A DNA stretch of 64,000 bases from Candidatus Multivoradales bacterium (GTDB lineage Bacteria > Acidobacteriota > Thermoanaerobaculia > Multivoradales > Multivoraceae): the NCBI GenBank assembly GCA_965223325.1, contig CBDCWI010000002.1, positions 2,144,001 through 2,208,000 on the forward strand, given 5' to 3'. Position 1 is the stretch's first letter; each line of letters starts with the position of its first letter. Positions 47,574 through 56,543 of the stretch are shown piece by piece. The position numbers and the translations under genes were made by a program. The notes beneath the pieces are model-generated. The model saw nothing but the letters and a program-made list of their open reading frames with translations. It was not told the DNA's origin and did not search any database.

Positions 47574-49439
47574 ATGACCAACCCCGAGACCACGACCGTA
47601 AGCTTCTCTATCCGTCGCGCGCTGATGCTCGGAACCCTCATGCTGGCAGCGATACTGGCCCTAGGGGCCGGAAACGCCGATGCACCCTTCGCTCCCTCCA
47701 CCCTCGAAGATCACGTCAGCTTTCTCGCCTCCGACGCGCTCGCTGGCCGGCTGACCGGCAGCCCTGGCGCGAAGGCTGCGGCCGACTACATCATCGAACG
47801 GCTCGAAGAACTCGGTGCGACTCCGCTTCCCGGCAACGACGGCTTCCGCACGACGTTCGATTACACCTCGGGAAGTCGCGACACTGGTTCCGAGATCACA
47901 GTGACCCGGGCCGGTCGTTCGACTTCGTCGAAGGGCGAAGCCAATCTGCTGGCTCTCACGTTCTCGGACAACGCCACCGTCAGCGGCCCGGTGGTCTTCG
48001 CCGGCTACGGGTTGTCGGTACCGGAGGGGACCGACAAGGAGACCCAGTTCGGCTACGACAGCTACTTCGGTCTCGACGTCAAAGACAAGGTCGTCGTCGT
48101 GTTGCGCTACCAACCCGAAGACACCGACCAGGCGACGCGCGCCCACCTGGCTCGCTACTCCGGCCTGCGCTACAAAGCGATGACGGCGCGCGAACACGGG
48201 GCAGCCGGCCTCTTGGTGGTCACCGGGCCACACTCGCCGAACGCCGGCGAGACCATTCCGATCGCCTTCGACACCGCCGCTGCCGGCTCCGGCATCACCG
48301 CCGCCAGCATTTCGGGTGAGGTAGCCCAGGCCTTGTTCGCAGCCTCAGACACCTCCCTGGCTGACGCGCAGAAAGCACTCGACACCGCCAACCCCCATGC
48401 AACCGGCTTCGACCTGCCCGAGGTCGAAGTCACCCTCAACGTCGCCATCGAGCGCCAACGGTCGACCGGCTACAACGTCGTCGGCGTGCTCCCTGGCGGC
48501 AGAGGCGACGTGGCCGAGCCCTGGGTGGTCCTCGGCGCCCACTACGACCATCTCGGAACCGGGCGCTCCGGCAACAGTCTGGCGCGCGACAGCGAGAAGG
48601 GCGGTATCCATCCCGGAGCCGACGACAATGCCTCGGGCGTCGCCGCGGTGCTCGAGGCAGGGCGCTTCCTCGCCGGGCGCGAGCGTGCCCGCAACATCGT
48701 TCTGGCCTTCTGGTCGGGCGAGGAACTCGGCCTGCTCGGTGCCACCGATTTCGTCAACGACAAGGACCTCGACCCCACCGCAACGATGGCCTACGTCAAC
48801 TTCGACATGGTCGGCCGCAGCACCAACAACAAGCTGAGTGTGCAGGCGGTCGGTTCGAGCCCGGAATGGAAGAAGATTCTCGAACGGCGCAACGTACCGG
48901 TGGGCTTCGACCTGCAGTTGGTCGAAGACCCCTACCTGCCCACCGACAGTGCGGCCTTCGACCGCGCCGATGTTCCTACGCTGAATTTCTTTACCGGCAG
49001 TCACGCCGACTACCACCGTCCCTCGGACACGGCGGACCTGCTCAACTACGAAGACCTGGCACGGGTCGCGCGCCTCGGAGCGTTGGTGGCCCTCGATCTC
49101 GCCCAGGCCGACGAACCCCTCGAGTTCGCGCGCGTCGAGCGCAAGCGCGAGAGCGGCGGCGACCGCGACACGGTGCGTGCCTACACCGGCACCATCCCCG
49201 ACTACGCCACCGAAGTCGAGGGCCTTCTGCTCGGGGGCGTCATGCCCGGAGGACCGGCCGAAGAAGCGGGTCTCAAAGAGGGCGATGTGATCGTCAGGTT
49301 TGGCGAGCAGACGATCACAAACATCTACGACTACACCTACGCTCTCGACGCCGCCAAGCCCGACGTGCCGCTCGAGGTGATCTACATGCGTGGCGACGAG
49401 CGCATCGAGACCACCCTCACGCCGCGGGCACGAAAGTAG
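47574..49439 (+). CDS. M28 aminopeptidase with PA and PDZ domains
   Basis: GAHYDH, GADDNASG, GEELGL, NFDM, YH.PSD; C-terminal PDZ. Confidence 0.92.
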   Translation: MTNPETTTVSFSIRRALMLGTLMLAAILALGAGNADAPFAPSTLEDHVSFLASDALAGRLTGSPGAKAAADYIIERLEELGATPLPGNDGFRTTFDYTSGSRDTGSEITVTRAGRSTSSKGEANLLALTFSDNATVSGPVVFAGYGLSVPEGTDKETQFGYDSYFGLDVKDKVVVVLRYQPEDTDQATRAHLARYSGLRYKAMTAREHGAAGLLVVTGPHSPNAGETIPIAFDTAAAGSGITAASISGEVAQALFAASDTSLADAQKALDTANPHATGFDLPEVEVTLNVAIERQRSTGYNVVGVLPGGRGDVAEPWVVLGAHYDHLGTGRSGNSLARDSEKGGIHPGADDNASGVAAVLEAGRFLAGRERARNIVLAFWSGEELGLLGATDFVNDKDLDPTATMAYVNFDMVGRSTNNKLSVQAVGSSPEWKKILERRNVPVGFDLQLVEDPYLPTDSAAFDRADVPTLNFFTGSHADYHRPSDTADLLNYEDLARVARLGALVALDLAQADEPLEFARVERKRESGGDRDTVRAYTGTIPDYATEVEGLLLGGVMPGGPAEEAGLKEGDVIVRFGEQTITNIYDYTYALDAAKPDVPLEVIYMRGDERIETTLTPRARK

Positions 49440-49443
49440 AGCG

Positions 49444-49464
49444 ATCCCTCCCGTAGGGAGGGTC
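49444..49464 (+). terminator. GC hairpin after the M28 gene
   Basis: CCCTCCC-GTA-GGGAGGG stem-loop; no U-tract. Confidence 0.35.
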
Positions 49465-49531
49465 CGAGCAGGAAAGCTTCGAAGGTGATTCGGGCGCACC
49501 GAAGGCGCCCTCTCTGCGGCATACTTCGCTC

Positions 49532-50782
49532 GTGAATCGTCCTGCGTCCAAACGGCGTCCGTGGCCGCCCGCCAGGCTGTTTGTGCCGTTCTCCATCGTC
49601 TCGGCGGCGATTGGCATGCTGTCGGTTGGCCTGATGGGCGTCGGACGACCCGATTTCTACTCTGCCAGGGTGTTCGCTTCCGGTGCACTGCTCGGGCTGT
49701 GTCTGAACGCCGGGGCGATGCTCGTCGAGTCCCCGGTGTTCTGGCTTCTCCGGGTCACGCGTGCCTGGCCGCTGTCGCAGCGCGTCCTCCTGAGCGCCCT
49801 TTCGTACTTCGCGGGCGGCTGCCTGGGCGCGACCGTCGCGTGGTTCCTCTCGACCCATCTCGGGCTCGGGCGCTACGGAATCGACAGTCTGCAGCTCAGT
49901 GATCTTTCCGTTTTCGGCTTCCTGGCCGCCGCCGTCGGCCTGGGGTTCTTCGTCGTGCAGTTTCTCCGTCGTCGGCTGGCAGAGAGTATTGAGCGCATCA
50001 AGGAACAGGAACACGCCGAACGCGAACTCGAAGTGGCGCGGGCGCTCCAGAGGCGCATCATGCCGCCCGGCAGCATTCGCACCGGGTCGTATCGCATCGA
50101 GGCCCGCAACCTGCCCGCACGGGTCGTGGCGGGAGACTTCTACTCCGTCTTTCCACTTCCTGACGGAGACATCGGCCTGGCTGTCGGCGATGTCCTCGGG
50201 AAAGGCATGGCGGCCAGCCTGCGCATGGCCTCAGTGTTCTCGATGCTGCCCTTGATCGCTGCCGAGCGCAGCGTGGCGGCGACTCTCTGTGAGCTCAACC
50301 GACGGCTCTTCGAGGAGCTCAGCTGGCGTGAGTTCGTAGCCCTCGGCTACGCTCGCTTCGATCCTCGCAGCGGCTCCTTCGAAGCCGCCAACGCCGGCCT
50401 GCCCGACTTCTACTGCGTCCGTCCCGAGGCAGGTCCGGACCCACGCCTGGTAGCCGAGGTTTCGATTGAGGTGCTGGCCCTCGACGACCCTCGCCTTCCA
50501 CTCGGGGTGCGGCCTGAGGTCGACTACCAGAGTGTCTCCTCAGAGCTCCTGCCGCTAGGAGCCCTGGTCATGCTCAGCGACGGTCTGCCCGAACTGGTGG
50601 GCGAAGGAGGAGATCCACTGGGCTATGAACGTCTCGGTGAGCTGCTTTCGCAATGGAACACCGATCCGGCCATGTACCTCGACAGTCTGCTCGAGAACGC
50701 TGGTGCCCGGCGCGGCGAACCAGACGACGATGTGACTGTTCTAGTCGCTCAGTGGCTCGGAAGTGGCAAGGTTTCCGGGTGA
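49532..50782 (+). CDS. Membrane-bound PP2C/SpoIIE (RsbU-like) phosphatase
   Basis: 4 TM segments; VAGDFY, GDV.GKG, NAG, SDGL.E and DDVT motifs. Confidence 0.9.
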   Translation: MNRPASKRRPWPPARLFVPFSIVSAAIGMLSVGLMGVGRPDFYSARVFASGALLGLCLNAGAMLVESPVFWLLRVTRAWPLSQRVLLSALSYFAGGCLGATVAWFLSTHLGLGRYGIDSLQLSDLSVFGFLAAAVGLGFFVVQFLRRRLAESIERIKEQEHAERELEVARALQRRIMPPGSIRTGSYRIEARNLPARVVAGDFYSVFPLPDGDIGLAVGDVLGKGMAASLRMASVFSMLPLIAAERSVAATLCELNRRLFEELSWREFVALGYARFDPRSGSFEAANAGLPDFYCVRPEAGPDPRLVAEVSIEVLALDDPRLPLGVRPEVDYQSVSSELLPLGALVMLSDGLPELVGEGGDPLGYERLGELLSQWNTDPAMYLDSLLENAGARRGEPDDDVTVLVAQWLGSGKVSG

Positions 50783-51609
50783 GCAGGAAGAAGCGGCGAG
50801 GCTCCATCTGGGTAGTTGGAGACCTTCACGGATGCCTGGAGACCTTTCTAGAACTCCTCGACGAAGTCGGTCTCGACCAGAAGCGGGATCGCCTGTGGCT
50901 GGTTGGCGACCTGGTCAATCGCGGTCCCAACTCTCTCGAGGTTCTGCGGCTGCTGGTCGACCTGCAGGAGGAAATGGGCAAGCGACTCGTTGCGGTGCTA
51001 GGCAACCACGACCTCCATCTGCTGGCGGTTGCTGCCGGCGCGGCCCGTGCCCGGCGCGATGACACGCTCGAGAAGTTCTTCAAAGCGCCAGACCGCAAAC
51101 TCCTGCTGTCGTGGTTGAGCGCCCGGCCACTTCTCTACGCCAAGAAGTCGCGCGCCGAGGTTCTGGTGCACGCCGGCATCCTGCCGGGGTGGTCGGTCAA
51201 GAAGGCTCGGAAACGCGCTAGACGACTCGAAGACCTCCTGCGTAGACCAAGAGACGATCGCGAGCGGCGAGCGCTCCTCCAGCGCAACGGGAAGGACCCC
51301 TGGAGGAACGCCCACCGCGATCTCGGAGCCTTCACCAGATTGCGAATGTGCCGTGCCGATGGAAGCCCCGCGTCCTCGTACCGGGGGCCACCGCAGGGGG
51401 CTCCGCGAGGCCTGACATCCTGGTGGAAGCACCCGTTGCATGATGAGAGCTGGCTCGAGAAGCGCATCTTCTTTGGCCATTGGGCAGCCCTCGGCTGCCG
51501 CGTCAGGAAGCGTGTCGTGTGTCTCGATGGAGGCGTCGTGTGGGGTCGCAATCTGTGCGCCCTGAGGCTCGAAGACGATCTTCTGATTGAAGTACCACAC
51601 GCCGACTAG
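50779..51609 (+). CDS. apaH: Symmetrical bis(5'-nucleosyl)-tetraphosphatase
   Basis: GDLHGC, GDLVNRGP.SL, LGNHDLHLL, VHAG, TRLR and FGHWAALG motifs; GTGA overlap with the PP2C gene. Confidence 0.9.
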   Translation: MSRKKRRGSIWVVGDLHGCLETFLELLDEVGLDQKRDRLWLVGDLVNRGPNSLEVLRLLVDLQEEMGKRLVAVLGNHDLHLLAVAAGAARARRDDTLEKFFKAPDRKLLLSWLSARPLLYAKKSRAEVLVHAGILPGWSVKKARKRARRLEDLLRRPRDDRERRALLQRNGKDPWRNAHRDLGAFTRLRMCRADGSPASSYRGPPQGAPRGLTSWWKHPLHDESWLEKRIFFGHWAALGCRVRKRVVCLDGGVVWGRNLCALRLEDDLLIEVPHAD

Positions 51610-51768
51610 TGCATCGACCAAAGAAGTCGCGATTGTCATGCAACGAATCCTTGTCTGGAGCGTCTTCTATAGGAGAGGCCTCTTCCACTCCTCCTTCCAC
51701 GCACACTCCTCGGGAGAGGCCTCTCATCTAGATCGCGACCGTCACGTCGGGGCAAGCAGGAAACAACC

Positions 51769-52143
51769 TTGAAGCAGATTCCAAGCCGTCGTGCACGCGT
51801 TTCACCGAGCTATCGGTTGGCGCGGATGCTCGTCGCCGGCGTCTATTCGGCGCCGGTGTCGGCGGCTGCCCATGAAGACGCGAGTGAGCGGCTCGACCAG
51901 CTGCGCCGGCGGGCCGTCGCGACGGCGACCCACACGCTCGCCCAGGAAGACGGGGCGACGGATCAGACTGGCGATGCGTTAGCGATCACCCGGAGTCTCG
52001 GTGAGAAGATCGCCGAGTGCCAGGAGACCGGCAGCCTGGCCGAAGAGACTGCGTTGCAGCTCCTCGAGCTCCAGGGTCAACTGCTGGCTTCGCTCGCCGA
52101 CGAGGACCAGCCGACCGGCGACCCGCAGGGCGAGCCGTCCTAG
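51769..52143 (+). CDS. Hypothetical acidic helical protein
   Basis: GC3-rich codons in the 3' two-thirds; start uncertain. Confidence 0.5.
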   Translation: MKQIPSRRARVSPSYRLARMLVAGVYSAPVSAAAHEDASERLDQLRRRAVATATHTLAQEDGATDQTGDALAITRSLGEKIAECQETGSLAEETALQLLELQGQLLASLADEDQPTGDPQGEPS

Positions 52144-52305
52144 TACCCCGTACCATTGAAACGGATAGTGGCTGAGTGGATGATCGTGCTCGAGATCAAG
52201 GCGTCACGACAGAGGCATATTGGTGATCTGTCGAGGAGTGACAACACAGAGATCGAGCGCGAGGACCGCGCAGACGCTGTGCGTTTCAATGGTACGGGGT
52301 ACTAG
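52140..52305. mobile_element. 166-bp MITE-like palindromic element
   Basis: Perfect 24-bp terminal inverted repeats CTAGTACCCCGTACCATTGAAACG / CGTTTCAATGGTACGGGGTACTAG; no transposase-sized coding capacity. Confidence 0.8.
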
Positions 52306-53771
52306 GCGCCCGGCGCCTCCAGTCCGAGAAGCCCAAACAAGTCGTGCGCTGCCTGGTCGACGTCCTCTCGACTGTCGCCGATGACGATGGCGTCGAGCTT
52401 GCCGGAGTGCTCTAGCGGACCAACGTTGTAGAAGATGTAGCGTCCACTCCCCCGCTCGACATTCCACAGCGCGTCTCCGACCGCTGCGAGAATGTCGTTG
52501 AAAGGGCGACCGACCAGTGCTTCTGCCACCACATCCTGCGCCCGGTAGAGCGGGCGCGGTGTCCCGAGCAGTCGATCGACCAGGCTCATCGGAGTGCTCG
52601 TGCCGCCCCAGCGACCGTTGCACTCAACGAACAGAAGCCGAGGTTCGGCCGCGCCCTCTCCAATCATCAGATGATCGAACGAGCAGCGACCGACGTATCC
52701 CATTCCCTGAAGCGCCGAGGCGACGCGGAGAGCGGCGCTCCCCAGCCGTTCGAGGACCGAAGGTGGCAACTCGGCCGGCCGCGAGCCGACGAAGACCCCC
52801 TCCGAACCTTCGAGGATCTGCTCGTAGACGCCGTCGAGTCTCGGCGGACCAAGTGAGACCGGCGGAATCAACAGCTGGGTTGACGGCGAAAGGGCGGCGT
52901 CTTCCCAAACCACCACCAGAACCTCTTCTTGCCCGTCCCACAAGGTGCGTTCGAGAAAAACGCGGGCGGTTTCGTGGATCGCCGCTTGCGACTGGCGGTG
53001 CAGGTCCTCGCCGTCGAGTACCAGGTTACCCATGGCTGACGCGCATCGCAGACGCTTGATGGCGACGCGATGGTTCTTCGCCGAGAAGAAGACCAGCGCG
53101 TCCGTGACCTCTTCGACCGTCGAACAGCAGCGACTCTCGACCAGCCACTCGCTGCCAACCGTCGTCGCCACCACGCGCTCGAAGAGCGCCTTGTCGTTCG
53201 CCCACCAGGTGACGTCGGGAGGCGGCGCGATGACTTCGACGTCCACCTCGGCCGCTTGCTGGACGGAGGCCGCGAGTTCCCACACCGCCTCGATGCCCAT
53301 GAAGGGTTCGATGGCGAGGCCGCGGTGGGATCTGGCATGCGCGCAGATCTGTTCGAACACTGGGCCCTCAGCACACCCACGGGCGACTTCGAGCAGTCGC
53401 CCCGAGGTCTCAGGATGGACGAGCCCGGGCGCCCCCAGCCCGAGGGTCTCCTGGCAGTACGCCTCGTAGCCAGCGGCCGGCTGCGTCGCGGTCGCCAAGA
53501 GATCGCCGTCGCCAGCCCGCAGCCGCGCCCGGTGTTGATACTCCTCCACCCCGGCGATGTCGTCGAGAAAGGGGATGCCAGAAACATCGTCGAAGTGAAG
53601 GGTCGCGATGTCGTTCTCACCCGTCCAGCAGAGCGACTGCCACCGCGGGTCGGGCGCGACACCTGCCTCTTCGCCCAACGTGCGCCCGTTGTTCCTGGCG
53701 GTCAACCAGTCTGATTCGACGATCTCGATCTGTCCGGGCTGAACCGGTTCCATAGCAACTCTTGGAGGCAT
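52302..53771 (-). CDS. preATP-grasp / ATP-grasp ligase, PGM1-like
   Basis: ANDK..F, K....ASAMGN, SPSTQ, GRCSFD and ECNGRWGGTS motifs. Confidence 0.75.
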   Translation of the reverse strand: MPPRVAMEPVQPGQIEIVESDWLTARNNGRTLGEEAGVAPDPRWQSLCWTGENDIATLHFDDVSGIPFLDDIAGVEEYQHRARLRAGDGDLLATATQPAAGYEAYCQETLGLGAPGLVHPETSGRLLEVARGCAEGPVFEQICAHARSHRGLAIEPFMGIEAVWELAASVQQAAEVDVEVIAPPPDVTWWANDKALFERVVATTVGSEWLVESRCCSTVEEVTDALVFFSAKNHRVAIKRLRCASAMGNLVLDGEDLHRQSQAAIHETARVFLERTLWDGQEEVLVVVWEDAALSPSTQLLIPPVSLGPPRLDGVYEQILEGSEGVFVGSRPAELPPSVLERLGSAALRVASALQGMGYVGRCSFDHLMIGEGAAEPRLLFVECNGRWGGTSTPMSLVDRLLGTPRPLYRAQDVVAEALVGRPFNDILAAVGDALWNVERGSGRYIFYNVGPLEHSGKLDAIVIGDSREDVDQAAHDLFGLLGLEAPGA

Positions 53772-53853
53772 CGGACGGGGATCCTATCCGCCTCGAGCCC
53801 AGGCCTGGAGTAGGAGCGCGCCGCGGTAGGCTGGCGCCGACTCCACAATCCGA

Positions 53854-56496
53854 GTGCCAGACCGGAAAGAGCCTATGAACGCACCAAGAACCAGCCGACG
53901 CACCCTAGGCGGTCTCACACCGCTTTTCCTCACCGCTCTCTTGGCCAGCGGTTTGTTGCAAACCGCCTCCCACGCGGCCGCCCCGATCACCCTCGACCGC
54001 GACCTCACCCAGCGGGTCGAAGCCCTGCTCGCCGACATCGAGCGCCAGCCGACTTCTCGAGACACCCTGGTCGAGCGCTCTCGGGTGCTGTGGGATTGGG
54101 CCAATGCCCTGTCGCTCGAGGGGGTCTACATCCCCAAGATGCTGCCGGTGGTGGTAGCGCGCGCTCCCGCACCACGTCCTGGGACACGCGCACCCGCAAG
54201 CTACCCCACCGACCTCGACAACTACGCACACTTCCTCGCGATGATGCAGGAGGACAGGGATGCCCTGGGCTACGCCGAGCTCAACGAGCACCCGGCATCT
54301 CCGGTGGACTCCTTCCAGACCCTCACCGTCACCTTGACCGTCGGCACCCTCGGCATTCCGGTTGGCGGCGGGATTCTGGTATCGCAGTACATGGGTAGAG
54401 CGATGTCTCGCCTCCAAACCACAGATCCAGCTGCCGCCGGCTACCTGACTGTCAAGGCGAGCCGCAAGGCGACCGAGTTCGAGATCCAGGAAGGGTCGGT
54501 CGTCGGGCCCTACGGCGGCTTCCGAGCTGCGGTCACGTTCCCGAAGTACATCGTGCGAGGTGAAGCGCTCGAACCTGGCGACACCGTCACCATCATCTAC
54601 GGCGATACGTCAGGTGGCGGCCCAGGAGTGCAAATCGGGACCTACACCAACGACGGAACACCCCTGCCCCTGTTCGTCGACCCCGGCGACGGTATCGACT
54701 ACGAGCTCAAAGCTCCGACCTTCGCCATCACGGGCGGGCCGGTGGCGGGTGTTCACGGGTTCGCGCCGTCGATTGTCGGAGTCGGCGAGACCTTCGAGGT
54801 CTCGGTGCGCAGTGAAGACGTCTACTACAACCGGGCTGTCGGTGACATGCCGGCCTGGAAGGTAGCCATAAACGGTGAGCCCTGGGGGGAGATCCCAGCC
54901 GACGGTGAGGCCATCCACCTCATCGACGCCACATTCGACCAACCTGGGGTCTACCGGTTCCAGTTCACCAGCAACGATGGTGCGCTCACCGGCACCGCCA
55001 ACCCGGTGTGGGTCAAAGAGAACCCGGAAGAGCGGCTCTACTGGGGCGAAACCCACGGTCACTGTGGTTTCGCGGAAGGGGTCGGCACGCCGGAGGGCTA
55101 CTACCGCTTCGCCTGGGAAGACGCTCGGCTCGACTTCGCCACTCTCTCCGAGCACGACATCTGGCTCTCCGACCGCGAGTGGCAGATTCTCAACGAAGTC
55201 TCGGCCGACTTCCGTCGAACGACCGGCCTGGTGACCTACCCCGGCTACGAGTGGACCTCCGACCGTGCGCGCGGTGGTCACCACAACGTGCTCTTCCGGC
55301 AGATCGGCATGGAACGCGTTCCGGCCCAGTCTGCCCCGGATCTCAACCAGCTCTACAGCCAACTCGATCGCACTCACGCGCCCGAAGACGTGCTGGTGAT
55401 CCCGCACGCCCACCAGGCCGGCGATTGGCGCCTGAGTGACCTTTCGTTCGAGCGCCTGATCGAGATCATGTCGGGGCACGGTACGTTCGAGTGGTTCGGT
55501 CAGCGCTACCTCGAGAATGGCTGGCGCGTCGGCTTTCTCGGTGCCAGTGACGACCACCTCGGACACCCCGGGTACTCGAACGGTGGCCAGGCACGCGGAC
55601 GACGAGTCCGCTCGAACATCTTCCAATTCGGTGGACTCGCCGCGGTGTATTCCCAGGAACGGTCAGCCGACGCGATCTTCGCCGCCATGCGCGCCCGCTC
55701 GACCTACGCCACCTCGGGCGCCCAGCGCATCATCGTCGACGCTTCGCTCAACGGTGAGCCGATGGGAAGCGAAGTCGCCGAGGACCCCGGCGAAGAACGC
55801 CTGAGAAAGCTCACCGGGCGCGTCATCGGCACCGCGCCGATCGAGCGCATCGACCTGATCCGGAACGGTGAGACCATCGACAGTGTCGCCGGTTTCGAAG
55901 GCACGAACGCTCCAGGAAGCCAGAGCAACGTGCGGCTGGTGGTGAGCTTCTTCTCCGACTCCGAGACCTTCTTTCGCGACAATCCTCGGGGCCAGAGGCC
56001 GTGGGACGGAACCTTCACGGCCGACGGTGCCACCATCGAGAGCCTCGAGATGCTCGGCAAGGTCAGCTACCTGCACGATCAGGCGGAGCTGCGTGACGGT
56101 GTCGCCAGCTTCTCGGTTGCAACCCGCGGCAGCGCCCGAACGTTGCTGCTCGAGCTCACCGACGTCTCGCCCGGCGCAGAACTCCGCTTCGTGCTCGACG
56201 CCGCCCGCGAGGTCGGCCGCGCCCCCACCGTCGTCAGAAGGTCGGCAAGGTTCGAACCGGCCCTGTTCTCACTCGCTGTTCCAACCGACTCGAAAGCCGC
56301 CGCGCATGCTCTGGACGCAGGCCGCTGGCAGGATGTGGTCTCCATCCAGCGTGCCGACCAACCGCGCGACGACATCTCCTTCGAGTTCGAAGACACCGGC
56401 GACCCGGGCGACTGGTACTACCTGCGAGTCGTCCAGGTCGACGGCCACCGCGCCTGGGGAAGCCCCTGGTGGGTTGGCGGCGAACCGCCCCGCTGA
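53854..56496 (+). CDS. Exported DUF3604-like (PHP-fold) metallo-protein
   Basis: LYWGETHGH, SEHD, GYEWT, GHHNV, IPHAH, SDDH.GHPG and YYLRV.Q.DG..AW.SP motifs; start 53854 or 53875. Confidence 0.82.
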   Translation: MPDRKEPMNAPRTSRRTLGGLTPLFLTALLASGLLQTASHAAAPITLDRDLTQRVEALLADIERQPTSRDTLVERSRVLWDWANALSLEGVYIPKMLPVVVARAPAPRPGTRAPASYPTDLDNYAHFLAMMQEDRDALGYAELNEHPASPVDSFQTLTVTLTVGTLGIPVGGGILVSQYMGRAMSRLQTTDPAAAGYLTVKASRKATEFEIQEGSVVGPYGGFRAAVTFPKYIVRGEALEPGDTVTIIYGDTSGGGPGVQIGTYTNDGTPLPLFVDPGDGIDYELKAPTFAITGGPVAGVHGFAPSIVGVGETFEVSVRSEDVYYNRAVGDMPAWKVAINGEPWGEIPADGEAIHLIDATFDQPGVYRFQFTSNDGALTGTANPVWVKENPEERLYWGETHGHCGFAEGVGTPEGYYRFAWEDARLDFATLSEHDIWLSDREWQILNEVSADFRRTTGLVTYPGYEWTSDRARGGHHNVLFRQIGMERVPAQSAPDLNQLYSQLDRTHAPEDVLVIPHAHQAGDWRLSDLSFERLIEIMSGHGTFEWFGQRYLENGWRVGFLGASDDHLGHPGYSNGGQARGRRVRSNIFQFGGLAAVYSQERSADAIFAAMRARSTYATSGAQRIIVDASLNGEPMGSEVAEDPGEERLRKLTGRVIGTAPIERIDLIRNGETIDSVAGFEGTNAPGSQSNVRLVVSFFSDSETFFRDNPRGQRPWDGTFTADGATIESLEMLGKVSYLHDQAELRDGVASFSVATRGSARTLLLELTDVSPGAELRFVLDAAREVGRAPTVVRRSARFEPALFSLAVPTDSKAAAHALDAGRWQDVVSIQRADQPRDDISFEFEDTGDPGDWYYLRVVQVDGHRAWGSPWWVGGEPPR

Positions 56497-56543
56497 CGAC
56501 TTGACAGACGGTTGCCGAAGGGTGCGCCGAGGAAACAGAGCGC

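Noticed and set aside
48345-49688. Long overlapping or antisense ORFs (also 55-1164, 4733-5578, 8516-9436, 31601-32611, 54610-55626)
   Set aside because: Shadow frames of motif-bearing genes, expected in high-GC DNA; Arg/Pro-rich or antisense-like composition with no recognisable motifs.
39808-51609. Ap4A circuit linking the CBS proteins and apaH
   Set aside because: About 10 kb apart with unrelated genes between; no sequence evidence of co-regulation.
51769-52143. Precursor peptide for the ATP-grasp ligase
   Set aside because: Convergent orientation and no leader/core or repeated-core pattern.
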